From positions 1-61,922 of the forward strand of contig NZCX01000010.1 of the NCBI GenBank assembly GCA_002688415.1: 61,922 bases of DNA. Direction: 5' to 3'. This document shows positions 48,115 to 55,739 of the stretch, in pieces. Position numbers and translations under genes: made by a program. How positions within the stretch are numbered: the stretch's first letter is position 1; each line of letters opens with the position of its first letter. Below the pieces are notes generated by a model that was not told the DNA's origin, searched no databases, and worked only from the letters and a program-made list of their open reading frames with translations. Source of the DNA: Candidatus Pacearchaeota archaeon (GTDB lineage Archaea; Nanobdellota; Nanobdellia; Pacearchaeales; GW2011-AR1).

Positions 48115-48535
48115 GATGATAATCTTTCTAAATCTTAACAATCCCGAGTCCTGAGGGAGGGGAAAAGATCCAAAATAAACTTAATTCTAAAATCAAGGAA
48201 GGTCAAGCTTTAATTTTAGAATGACCAAAAACTTATCTTGAATTTTTTCTTTCCCCGTCTGACTCAGTTTATTTGAGTTTGCCAGGTTAATTTAAAATTG
48301 ATCAATTTAATTAATTTATTAAAATTATTAAATTCTCATTTTCGGATAACCGAATAATTTTTCCGGCAGCCTTAAATTCGTGCAGCGTTATCCCTTCCCG
48401 TTACAACTAGTCACGGGAAACGCTGCAGATCAGCTCAGCTCTCCGGAGGAGACCTGAAAGCAAGCTCAAACTGTTTAGCTAGGGCAGAGAGTTGGACATC
48501 CTGTCGAAGTCTCTGCCCTAAATAAAGTATCATCA
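48114..48535 (-). ncRNA. Candidate retron-like ncRNA (msr/msd-like multi-hairpin RNA)
   Basis: Terminal IR TGATGATA 48114-48121 / TATCATCA 48528-48535; stems 48480-48490/48510-48520 (11 bp), 48435-48457, 48381-48427, 48341-48354; long rod 48146-48267. Confidence 0.55.
48298..48325 (+). promoter_or_regulatory. Possible antisense sigma70-type promoter inside a 14-bp palindrome
   Basis: TTGATC-N16-TAAAAT; AAATTGATCAATTT palindrome at 48295-48308. Confidence 0.3.
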
Positions 48536-48562
48536 GCTTAGCGAAAACGCTCAGCTTTTTTT
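48535..48562 (+). terminator. Intrinsic-terminator-like hairpin on the + strand
   Basis: AGCTTAGCG-AAAA-CGCTCAGCT (one mismatch) followed by a T run to 48562. Confidence 0.45.
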
Positions 48563-49069
48563 GGATAAACCACAAGTACACTTTCGTGTTTTTTGATTTA
48601 ACCTACCAATATGTTTGGTAATATACACATCACATTCTGATTTATGTACTAGATATGGAGAAACATCTTCTTTATAATTTTCAATTGATTTCTTTTGATT
48701 TTTAATTTTCTTTTTGTGATTTTTAATCTCAAGAGAAGCCAAATTTAGAGCATGTAACAATTCTTTGTTTTTTTCTTTTTCTGTTTCTAGTTCTTCATGC
48801 AATTGACCATTTTTTAATGAAAACAAATGAATTTGACTTAAGGCACTTTCTGGAGTGTTTCTTGGAAGCCCATAGTCATTAGCTAATATTTTTTGAGTAG
48901 TAACTGGAAGATTTAATCTTTCCTCATATTCTGATTTCCATTTCCAGGAATTGATAAAATCTTTTTCTTCTGTAAATTCGTTTTTTTCGTAATCAAAAGT
49001 AGTATAACTAGTCATATTTAGGACACCATCTTGAATGTGTTGTTTTTGCCTTATCTCCTCCACACTCAC
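48551..49069 (-). CDS. Hypothetical coiled-coil protein with C-terminal H/C Zn motif
   Basis: H...C...CTCG at the C-terminus; start uncertain. Confidence 0.55.
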   Translation of the reverse strand: MSVEEIRQKQHIQDGVLNMTSYTTFDYEKNEFTEEKDFINSWKWKSEYEERLNLPVTTQKILANDYGLPRNTPESALSQIHLFSLKNGQLHEELETEKEKNKELLHALNLASLEIKNHKKKIKNQKKSIENYKEDVSPYLVHKSECDVYITKHIGRLNQKTRKCTCGLSKKS

Positions 49070-49367
49070 ATTGAGGGAAGAGATTTATTTTTTCTTCAGA
49101 AAACCAATCAATAAAACATTCTTGAAGAAATCCATTTCTTTTCCATTGATTTGGATTATAGAAAGTAGAATTTTTATTAGGAAATTTTACAGTTTTTAAA
49201 GTTTTATCAGGAAATAACGAGTCTATAATAAAATAATATTCTGTTACTTCGGTAATTACGCCTTCTGCCCAATTTCCAGATTGTCCAAAATCCCTATTGT
49301 TTAACCAACGAGGCTTATATCCATAAGGGTCTACTTCAAACTTAACGTAATCACCTTCTTTAAACAT
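49008..49367 (-). CDS. Hypothetical protein
   Basis: SH3-like N-terminus; CECG...HSRWCP C-terminus. Confidence 0.55.
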   Translation of the reverse strand: MFKEGDYVKFEVDPYGYKPRWLNNRDFGQSGNWAEGVITEVTEYYFIIDSLFPDKTLKTVKFPNKNSTFYNPNQWKRNGFLQECFIDWFSEEKINLFPQCECGGDKAKTTHSRWCPKYD

Positions 49368-49379
49368 TCTAATCTCTTT

Positions 49380-49676
49380 TCATATTATCCATGAATCCCA
49401 AGAGCTATCAGCTTCTTGTTGTTCGTCTAGATAGTCTTGAAGAAGTTTATATCCATTTTCATCTGGAGGTTTTAAATCTTCAGAACTTTTTTTTTCTAGT
49501 TTTACCGGTTTATCAGTTATTTCATTTCTGAAACACTTTACTGGGTTAGAATGATAATCATATACTTTTACTAAGATATAACTATCAGTAGAAAGAACGA
49601 TTGCTTTTTTCCCACCTAAATTTGTATTTTTATGCCAAAACGGATCTTTTAAATAAACTAGTTCTCCTTTTTTCAT
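49380..49676 (-). CDS. Hypothetical SH3-like protein
   Basis: Start MKKGELV at 49676 after SD AGGGGG. Confidence 0.5.
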   Translation of the reverse strand: MKKGELVYLKDPFWHKNTNLGGKKAIVLSTDSYILVKVYDYHSNPVKCFRNEITDKPVKLEKKSSEDLKPPDENGYKLLQDYLDEQQEADSSWDSWII

Positions 49677-49716
49677 TATATCCCCCTGTAGGTTAATGAT
49701 AAAAGAAAGAAGTCTA

Positions 49717-50163
49717 TTATTCAATTAGATTTGAAAATCTATTTTTTTGATTTGATGTCATTTTGGGTTTTGTTTTAGGAATTTCTTTAAAAAGAGCTTC
49801 TATCGCGTGTGTAGGTGTAGATTCTAATTTTTCAATGGGCGAATCTAGTCCGACCATGCTTGCAAATACAGTATCATTGCAAGCAATATAATCTTTTTGT
49901 AATTTAGATTCTTTAAGTCTTCTTGCACACCTTGTTGCAGCGACTAAAGTAAAGAAAATACCCTTATTTGCCATATTGGGTTTTGTTGTTGTTTTTTTTC
50001 CAAACAAAGCAACTACTTGAAATCCTTGTTTAGAAGCTATTGATTGGAGTCCATATAATTGATCATTTTTTTTAAATTCTCTTATATATATTGTATAAAA
50101 TTTATTTGAACCATCAGTTATTTTATGAAGGTTCGCATAAGGAACTTCATTATTATTTTTCAT
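49717..50163 (-). CDS. WGR-domain-like protein
   Basis: SNKFYTIYI...FQVVALFGK; C-terminal RFSNL. Confidence 0.5.
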   Translation of the reverse strand: MKNNNEVPYANLHKITDGSNKFYTIYIREFKKNDQLYGLQSIASKQGFQVVALFGKKTTTKPNMANKGIFFTLVAATRCARRLKESKLQKDYIACNDTVFASMVGLDSPIEKLESTPTHAIEALFKEIPKTKPKMTSNQKNRFSNLIE

Positions 50164-50221
50164 AAAAATATCCCCGCGTTATATATTCTTTTAGAATAGA
50201 AAAAAAATAAAAAAAAATTTA

Positions 50222-50313
50222 AAAATTGAGTTGGGAGCAGATCAGATCAATGACCTGATCCACTCCTTCATCGCCCTCGTTGTTAAGTCTGAGGAGGACT
50301 ATAACTCAATTTT
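50222..50313 (-). ncRNA. Structured three-way-junction RNA element
   Basis: 11-bp closing IR AAAATTGAGTT/AACTCAATTTT; 15-bp stem with three G-U pairs that form only on the - strand; followed by long U tracts. Confidence 0.55.
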
Positions 50314-50386
50314 ATTAACATCCAGTGTTCATTATCGTTACTTGACGAACCATCAAGTTTTGTACGTTACCAGAAACTATCTAATT

Positions 50387-50614
50387 TTAATAGTTACAGG
50401 TTCCGGAAATCTGTCCTTCAGTCATTTGAACAAATGGTAGGTAAAATCCTCTTGTAAGATTTCCCTTTACTGTTCTTACTGTATTTGGAGAAACATCCAA
50501 TTTGGTAACAATTGTATCTGTATTCTTTCCTCTAAGTAACATTCTAATGATCTTACTAGAAGAAGGATATTTTTTAGAAAATTCTGAACGGATTTGTTTT
50601 AAAGTTTTAGACAT
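50387..50614 (-). CDS. Small HTH-like protein
   Basis: IIRMLLRGKNTDTIVTKLDVSPNTVRTVK. Confidence 0.55.
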   Translation of the reverse strand: MSKTLKQIRSEFSKKYPSSSKIIRMLLRGKNTDTIVTKLDVSPNTVRTVKGNLTRGFYLPFVQMTEGQISGTCNY

Positions 50615-50629
50615 ATATAGTTCCTTTAT

Positions 50630-51487
50630 TTAAGTTAATTGTATTCTTTTACTGGTAACAAGTTCTAATATTGAAGATAAAATATCTTTAGAAGAGTTAT
50701 CTGGTAAACGAGTTGTTATAGAAGCCTTATTGACTTCATCTATCAAAAATTCCAATTCTTTAGCAGTTCCTGTTATTTCTTTTTCTGATAGTCTGTTTTT
50801 TCTATAGTTGTTTTCTTTATATTTCAAAAAAACTTGTCTTCCAATTGGATAATTAGAATAACTAAGATAGTCTTCCCAAATTGTATTAATATCTACTATA
50901 TATTCTTCTTCTCTTAGGAAGATAATAGATTGTAATAAGCGATAATAAGACATTATGATTTTTCTTTGATCAGTTCTGTCCTTTTGCCAATTATTTAAAA
51001 CATATGTTTTAGCAGATTTTCCGATTTTATTGGAAATTCCTTTTCGAAATAAAGGTAAAATTTCATTTAAATCTGAATTGGTATAAGTGGGAGATAAATA
51101 GAGTAAATCATAAGTAACTATAGATCCCTTAACATAAAGGGATAGAAATTTCCAAATTTCAAAAGATGTAATACTGAATTTTTTATTTTTATTGTCTTCT
51201 AAAACTCTATCGTAATTTTTATCATAAGATAAACGAACAATATCTTTGTTTATTTTAAAATCAGGATGTTGAAGATAATCATTTGTATTTTCAATATGAA
51301 TTCCCGCAAATTCTTGATTTATTTTTAATGAAAGACCATAAACATTAGAGCCTGTTTCTACGAATGAAATTGGAAAATTTTTGGTGAAATAACTTGTTTG
51401 AGTTACAAATTTTGTAAATTGGTCATTTGTGATTAATTTTGATGTCATTTGTTTAGATACTTTATTACTTATCTTTGAATGATTCAA
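50630..51487 (-). CDS. DNA-pol-beta-superfamily nucleotidyltransferase-like protein, degenerate (TTG start)
   Basis: ETGSNVYGL signature, but the DxD position reads NQEF; SFEIWKF..L..KG...D.L. Confidence 0.55.
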   Translation of the reverse strand: MNHSKISNKVSKQMTSKLITNDQFTKFVTQTSYFTKNFPISFVETGSNVYGLSLKINQEFAGIHIENTNDYLQHPDFKINKDIVRLSYDKNYDRVLEDNKNKKFSITSFEIWKFLSLYVKGSIVTYDLLYLSPTYTNSDLNEILPLFRKGISNKIGKSAKTYVLNNWQKDRTDQRKIIMSYYRLLQSIIFLREEEYIVDINTIWEDYLSYSNYPIGRQVFLKYKENNYRKNRLSEKEITGTAKELEFLIDEVNKASITTRLPDNSSKDILSSILELVTSKRIQLT

Positions 51488-51632
51488 TAACTTTAATTAA
51501 GTTATTTCTTTTCCTCAGGAGAGAAGAAAGCTCTTTTTTTAGAACTACCCTCTTCTCTCCTGAAAGAAATTGATCAAATTCTAGCCTATGCGTTATTGAT
51601 AATATTCTACTTGTCAATTGACGCAAAGCTAG
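51486..51632 (-). ncRNA. Structured intergenic RNA / leader (three adjacent hairpins)
   Basis: 13-bp perfect stem 51515-51527/51551-51563; stems 51581-51632 and 51486-51506. Confidence 0.45.
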
Positions 51633-51647
51633 TTCCACTTTTATTCC

Positions 51648-52004
51648 TTAAAAAGGAACGTTTTGTTGGTTTGGGCTTCCAGCAGATACTGGAGTTTCAG
51701 ATGAGGTATTCCCAATAACTGAATTATATTTTTGAATTACCTTTTCTGACATTTTAGATTGAAAATCAGGGTCTTTAATTAACCAAGAAGGATAGAAAGT
51801 TGATTCTGTTCCTCCTTCTTCATTTTTTTTCTCTCCGAAACGTCCATCTGCACCAACAAATAAACCGTTCTTTCCATTCCAAATTTTACCATTTAAATGA
51901 ATACTGTCATTATAGGTAATACGACAATTTGCTTTTAATTTCGAACCTGGTTTTGGATTTTTAAGGGGCCAAACCATGATTTCTGTTACTTCTAATCCAC
52001 TCAT
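51648..52004 (-). CDS. SpoVG-family nucleic-acid-binding protein
   Basis: EVTEI.V.P....KLKA...IT.ND.I.L..KI.NGKNGLFV. Confidence 0.7.
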   Translation of the reverse strand: MSGLEVTEIMVWPLKNPKPGSKLKANCRITYNDSIHLNGKIWNGKNGLFVGADGRFGEKKNEEGGTESTFYPSWLIKDPDFQSKMSEKVIQKYNSVIGNTSSETPVSAGSPNQQNVPF

Positions 52005-52014
52005 TTAATTTCCT

Positions 52015-52791
52015 TTAGTTAAATTGTACTCGATATTCTTCTAAATATTTAAGTACTTTTATTGAATAATCCTTAGTTTCCTCGGGATAATTACGATACT
52101 CTTTTGCTAATACTTTTGCAACATAATTTGGCCCAGCATTGTAAGCCTTGATTGCTAATTCAATATCATCATTGAATCTTGTAAGCATTTTTCTTAAATA
52201 AAATGTTCCAAATTGGACATTTGTTCCAATATGATAAATATTTGTATATCTTTTTCCAATGTCACTAGAGCATTCTCTTGCTGTTCCTGGCATGAGCTGC
52301 ATTAGCCCTTGAGCCCCAGCATGAGAAATTGCTTTGGGATTAAAAGCAGATTCTTGAGTTGTAACTGCTAATATTAAAGGAATTTCAACATCATATTCTG
52401 CAGAAAAATCAACTACCGCAGAAGCATAACGAGTTAAATCAACAATATTCATATATTTGCGATATCTTTTTTTAATAATAAAGTTTTTAATAATAAATCT
52501 TGTTTGTTTTATTTTAGTCCATCTTTTACTTTTAGAATTTAAAGCCACATCTATAGAATTTATTTTATTATTTAAAGACAGATTTTTACTTACAGTCTTT
52601 TTTTGATTACTTTCTATGATATCAGCTAATTCAGTTACTCGTAAATGGATATCTTGAATTTCTTCTTGATGATTTGACAGATTTGCTATTTTATAATCTT
52701 CTATTTCTTTTCGTTGAGTTATATGTAAGATATAAAACATAATAGAAAGAATAGTAGTTACAATAATTAGATCAATTCTTTTTCTAATCAT
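52015..52791 (-). CDS. Lytic transglycosylase (SLT) with N-terminal TM
   Basis: AV..QES.FNP.A.S.AGA.GLMQLMP.TA, NV..GT.YL, A..AYNAG. Confidence 0.9.
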   Translation of the reverse strand: MIRKRIDLIIVTTILSIMFYILHITQRKEIEDYKIANLSNHQEEIQDIHLRVTELADIIESNQKKTVSKNLSLNNKINSIDVALNSKSKRWTKIKQTRFIIKNFIIKKRYRKYMNIVDLTRYASAVVDFSAEYDVEIPLILAVTTQESAFNPKAISHAGAQGLMQLMPGTARECSSDIGKRYTNIYHIGTNVQFGTFYLRKMLTRFNDDIELAIKAYNAGPNYVAKVLAKEYRNYPEETKDYSIKVLKYLEEYRVQFN

Positions 52792-52804
52792 ATTAATTCT
52801 TTAT

Positions 52805-53173
52805 TCAATGAAAGGTTTTTAAAGCTTCCGGATTTGCAAGTAAAAAGTTTTTTCTATGAAAATTCAAAACTTTAAGAAAATGATTTATTCTATTTTCTTC
52901 TTTTTCAAAGTATTCTAAAGAATCTTTAGGAATATAAGCTACATTTTTAGACCATTTAACAAAATCAGCTGAACTACATTGAGTAATTGTTGTATTTAGA
53001 AATTCCGCATTATTCCCTTTATTGGGAATAGATAAAATAATATCACCTAATTTTGATACTGGTTTTTTAGGTTTTGGTTCTCTTGATTTGACTGTTTTAC
53101 AAGATTTGATTTTAGCATTAGCTATATCACTAAAATCTAAATCTAAATCTGATTTATCCTTTTTTGACATCAT
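52805..53173 (-). CDS. Hypothetical protein
   Basis: ORF. Confidence 0.5.
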   Translation of the reverse strand: MMSKKDKSDLDLDFSDIANAKIKSCKTVKSREPKPKKPVSKLGDIILSIPNKGNNAEFLNTTITQCSSADFVKWSKNVAYIPKDSLEYFEKEENRINHFLKVLNFHRKNFLLANPEALKTFH

Positions 53174-54581
53174 TTTGTTTCTTTCTTTCTAGCTTATTAA
53201 GCATATTGAATATTTCACCTTTACACATTCTATAATAGAACCAGATTGTTTGCCATTCTTCTTTAATGATTCCTGTTAAACTTTTGATTTCAATATTTCT
53301 TAAAGTTTTACCAAGATCTGTAAGAATTTCTGGTTTTGAACTTTCTAATGCTTGTTGTAAGGTAGTTTCAATAAGATCAAGAACTTTTTGAGTTTGAAAG
53401 TTTTTAGTCAATTTCTCAGGAACAAGTAAACCATTTTTACGCAATTGAGTTATATTATCAAATGGTCTAGCAAACCAAATTTGTCTTGCTTGTGTATCGG
53501 TAATATTTAAATATTTTTTCAAATCACATATGGAAGCTCTATTTAAGTTTAAATCTTTAAACATGATAATAGGTGCAAATTTTCTCTTTAATCCTTTGTA
53601 ACGAATCCAATGAGAAGAATCTGTTTGTTTAAGATATTTAGCATACATTAAAGAACCAAATTTCTTAATAGAAGAATATGGTTGATTTCCTTTTTTGTAT
53701 TCTTGTGTCCATGCGATTTCATTAATATTTAGAAGTTTATGTATTGGATTTTTATTTCTAGTTTTCTTTGCTTCTATTTGATAATCTTGAGAATATACTT
53801 GATCAATATTTTCTAAAGCTCTAATAATTACTTCTTTTGGTTCCTTTAGTTGTGCACCTTCCCACCAGTAACCTGTAGCAAGCTCATCTATCATTTGTTG
53901 AAGACAAGTGCGAGCATAATTTGACTTAAAGGGCATTTGATCTAAGAGATCTACAGCCCATTTGGCAAATTCTTCAGTAATTTCATCCCAATCTTTATTA
54001 ATAAGGTTGAGGACCTGTTCTATTCTTTGTTTATCTGGATGATGTTCTGGAATATAATCATAAAGAAAACTCCTGCTTTCACCCATATAGATATATAATG
54101 GTTTTGGAGTAGATTGAATATCCCAATGCTTATGCATTTGAGGAAATTTTTCCCAATTATGATAAGGAATTGGAATTCCAACATCAGCTATATCTTCTGA
54201 TTTTTGTCTTCTTTCTACTTCTTTATCGAATTCTTCTCGTAAAATTCTAACGTATTCAGGGTCAATATCTTTTCCCTTAAAATTGCTTAATACTTTTGCT
54301 TTAAAAGCAGCATCAAGATTATCTTCTTTTTCTAAATTGAATGGATCGGTATCTCTTTGGAAAGGATTTTCTTCAATTCTAAAGATAGCTCCCGTATTAG
54401 ACATATGAAGGAGTGAATCCCATAATTGTCTTTGAGCACTTGAAAGTGATTGAACATGTTCTAAAACAGCATCTCCAATAGATGCAAGATAATTGTCTTC
54501 ATCAGAGCCCCCCTCTTGAGCTGGTATATTAAATACTACATCATTCTCATTTCCTTTTTTCTCTAATAAATTCTTCACCAA
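53154..54581 (-). CDS. Hypothetical protein with ComEA-like helix-hairpin-helix motif
   Basis: LNLNRASICDLKKYLNITDTQARQIWFARPFDNITQL. Confidence 0.55.
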   Translation of the reverse strand: MVKNLLEKKGNENDVVFNIPAQEGGSDEDNYLASIGDAVLEHVQSLSSAQRQLWDSLLHMSNTGAIFRIEENPFQRDTDPFNLEKEDNLDAAFKAKVLSNFKGKDIDPEYVRILREEFDKEVERRQKSEDIADVGIPIPYHNWEKFPQMHKHWDIQSTPKPLYIYMGESRSFLYDYIPEHHPDKQRIEQVLNLINKDWDEITEEFAKWAVDLLDQMPFKSNYARTCLQQMIDELATGYWWEGAQLKEPKEVIIRALENIDQVYSQDYQIEAKKTRNKNPIHKLLNINEIAWTQEYKKGNQPYSSIKKFGSLMYAKYLKQTDSSHWIRYKGLKRKFAPIIMFKDLNLNRASICDLKKYLNITDTQARQIWFARPFDNITQLRKNGLLVPEKLTKNFQTQKVLDLIETTLQQALESSKPEILTDLGKTLRNIEIKSLTGIIKEEWQTIWFYYRMCKGEIFNMLNKLERKKQNDVKKG

Positions 54582-54613
54582 GTAATTCCTTTAAGATTTA
54601 AACAGAAAGTTGA

Positions 54614-54759
54614 AAATCAAAACACTATAAAAACCAGTAAAGAAAAGAAAGACCTTTGATTCGTTTTCATATAAAAACCAACCAAAGGTCAAAGTTTCTT
54701 TATTCAAAATAACCTATAAATTTCTATTCCCAATAGAAAGGTTATTTGAATTTTGATTT
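54614..54759 (-). ncRNA. Structured multi-hairpin intergenic RNA
   Basis: Closing IR AAATCAAAA/TTTTGATTT; long stems 54645-54700 and 54703-54750; G-U pairs favour the - strand. Confidence 0.5.
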
Positions 54760-54924
54760 CCCCCCCCATCTGCTTTGTCATTCATGTCAAATCATAGGGA
54801 TATTATTCTATTTAACTTTAAAATTAGAATATAGTTAAGTTCTCTTTTGAAGTTAATTATAATATGGAAAATATTAGTGTTATTTTTATTAAATTTAAAG
54901 TAGATAGAGAAAAAATTGAAGAAA

Positions 54925-55377
54925 TTATTCAGAATTCTCTTCATCTTTGATTGTATTATTAAGTGATGTTTCATTGACAAATCCTTGAAATAGTTTTTGC
55001 ATGTCATTGAAACGATTAATTACATTTTGTAGATCAGATAATTGATTTGTAATTTTATTTACAGGTTCAATATCTCCCATTACGGAAATATCTTTTTGTT
55101 CAACATTTGGATTGGTAATGGCTGTTTGAAGAATACTACTTAAGCCTTGACTAGCCATACTAGATAAAATTGTTTCAAGGTCTATAGGAAAAATATCTGT
55201 TAGAGATTCTAATAACTCAACAACAGTATTTGGAACTTTTAATTTAACATTAAATTCTGTATATTGAATTGATTTTCCTTCAATTGCTTCAGAAGCTAAT
55301 TGAATACCAATTTCTTTTAATTTTTCCTGATCAAATAAGTTTAATAATTTATTATAATCATAACTTTTTTTATCCAT
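54925..55377 (-). CDS. Hypothetical protein
   Basis: Start MDKK at 55377 (or 55392). Confidence 0.55.
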   Translation of the reverse strand: MDKKSYDYNKLLNLFDQEKLKEIGIQLASEAIEGKSIQYTEFNVKLKVPNTVVELLESLTDIFPIDLETILSSMASQGLSSILQTAITNPNVEQKDISVMGDIEPVNKITNQLSDLQNVINRFNDMQKLFQGFVNETSLNNTIKDEENSE

Positions 55378-55739
55378 TACAAGGTCCACCACAGATTTTT
55401 ATTTAATGGAATATTAACATCATCCCACTTTTTGTTGAATTCACCTCTTAAGCCAAGATAAGGGTTGTTATCTACTTCCCAAGCATTACAGTTTCTATCA
55501 ATTTTAGATAAATTACAATAGTAATTTATAGATAAATTCCAACCATGTTCTTTTATTAAAGAAACAATAAAGAGAAGTTGCTCTATTTGTTCAGAATATT
55601 CATGTTTTGTAAATACATGTTTATGTTTACATTTACAAGGAATTAGTGTTTTTTTAAAAAAATCTAATTGAAATGATTCAGTTGTTAATGTCTTCAATGA
55701 TTTGTTCCATTCTATTTTGGTAGTTATCGAATAGACCAA
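55377..55739 (-). CDS. Hypothetical protein (start uncertain)
   Basis: ORF with C/H cluster. Confidence 0.45.
   Translation of the reverse strand: MVYSITTKIEWNKSLKTLTTESFQLDFFKKTLIPCKCKHKHVFTKHEYSEQIEQLLFIVSLIKEHGWNLSINYYCNLSKIDRNCNAWEVDNNPYLGLRGEFNKKWDDVNIPLNKNLWWTL

Noticed and set aside
46343-48535. Group II intron (RT plus HNH)
   Set aside because: RT and HNH are separate ORFs, the RT is too short and lacks a maturase/X domain, and no domain V or GUGYG/AY ends interrupting a gene were found.
48530-48536. Hammerhead ribozyme core CUGAUGA on the - strand
   Set aside because: Not followed by a stem II and GAAA; the rest of the core is missing.
50231-50440. 69-aa + strand ORF
   Set aside because: It is antisense to the local gene direction, has a TTG start and no SD, and overlaps a structured RNA and a - strand gene.
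48295-51580. AAATTGATCAA 11-mer shared by two structured gaps as an operator
   Set aside because: Only two clear copies of an AT-rich word in an AT-rich genome; chance cannot be excluded without a genome-wide count.
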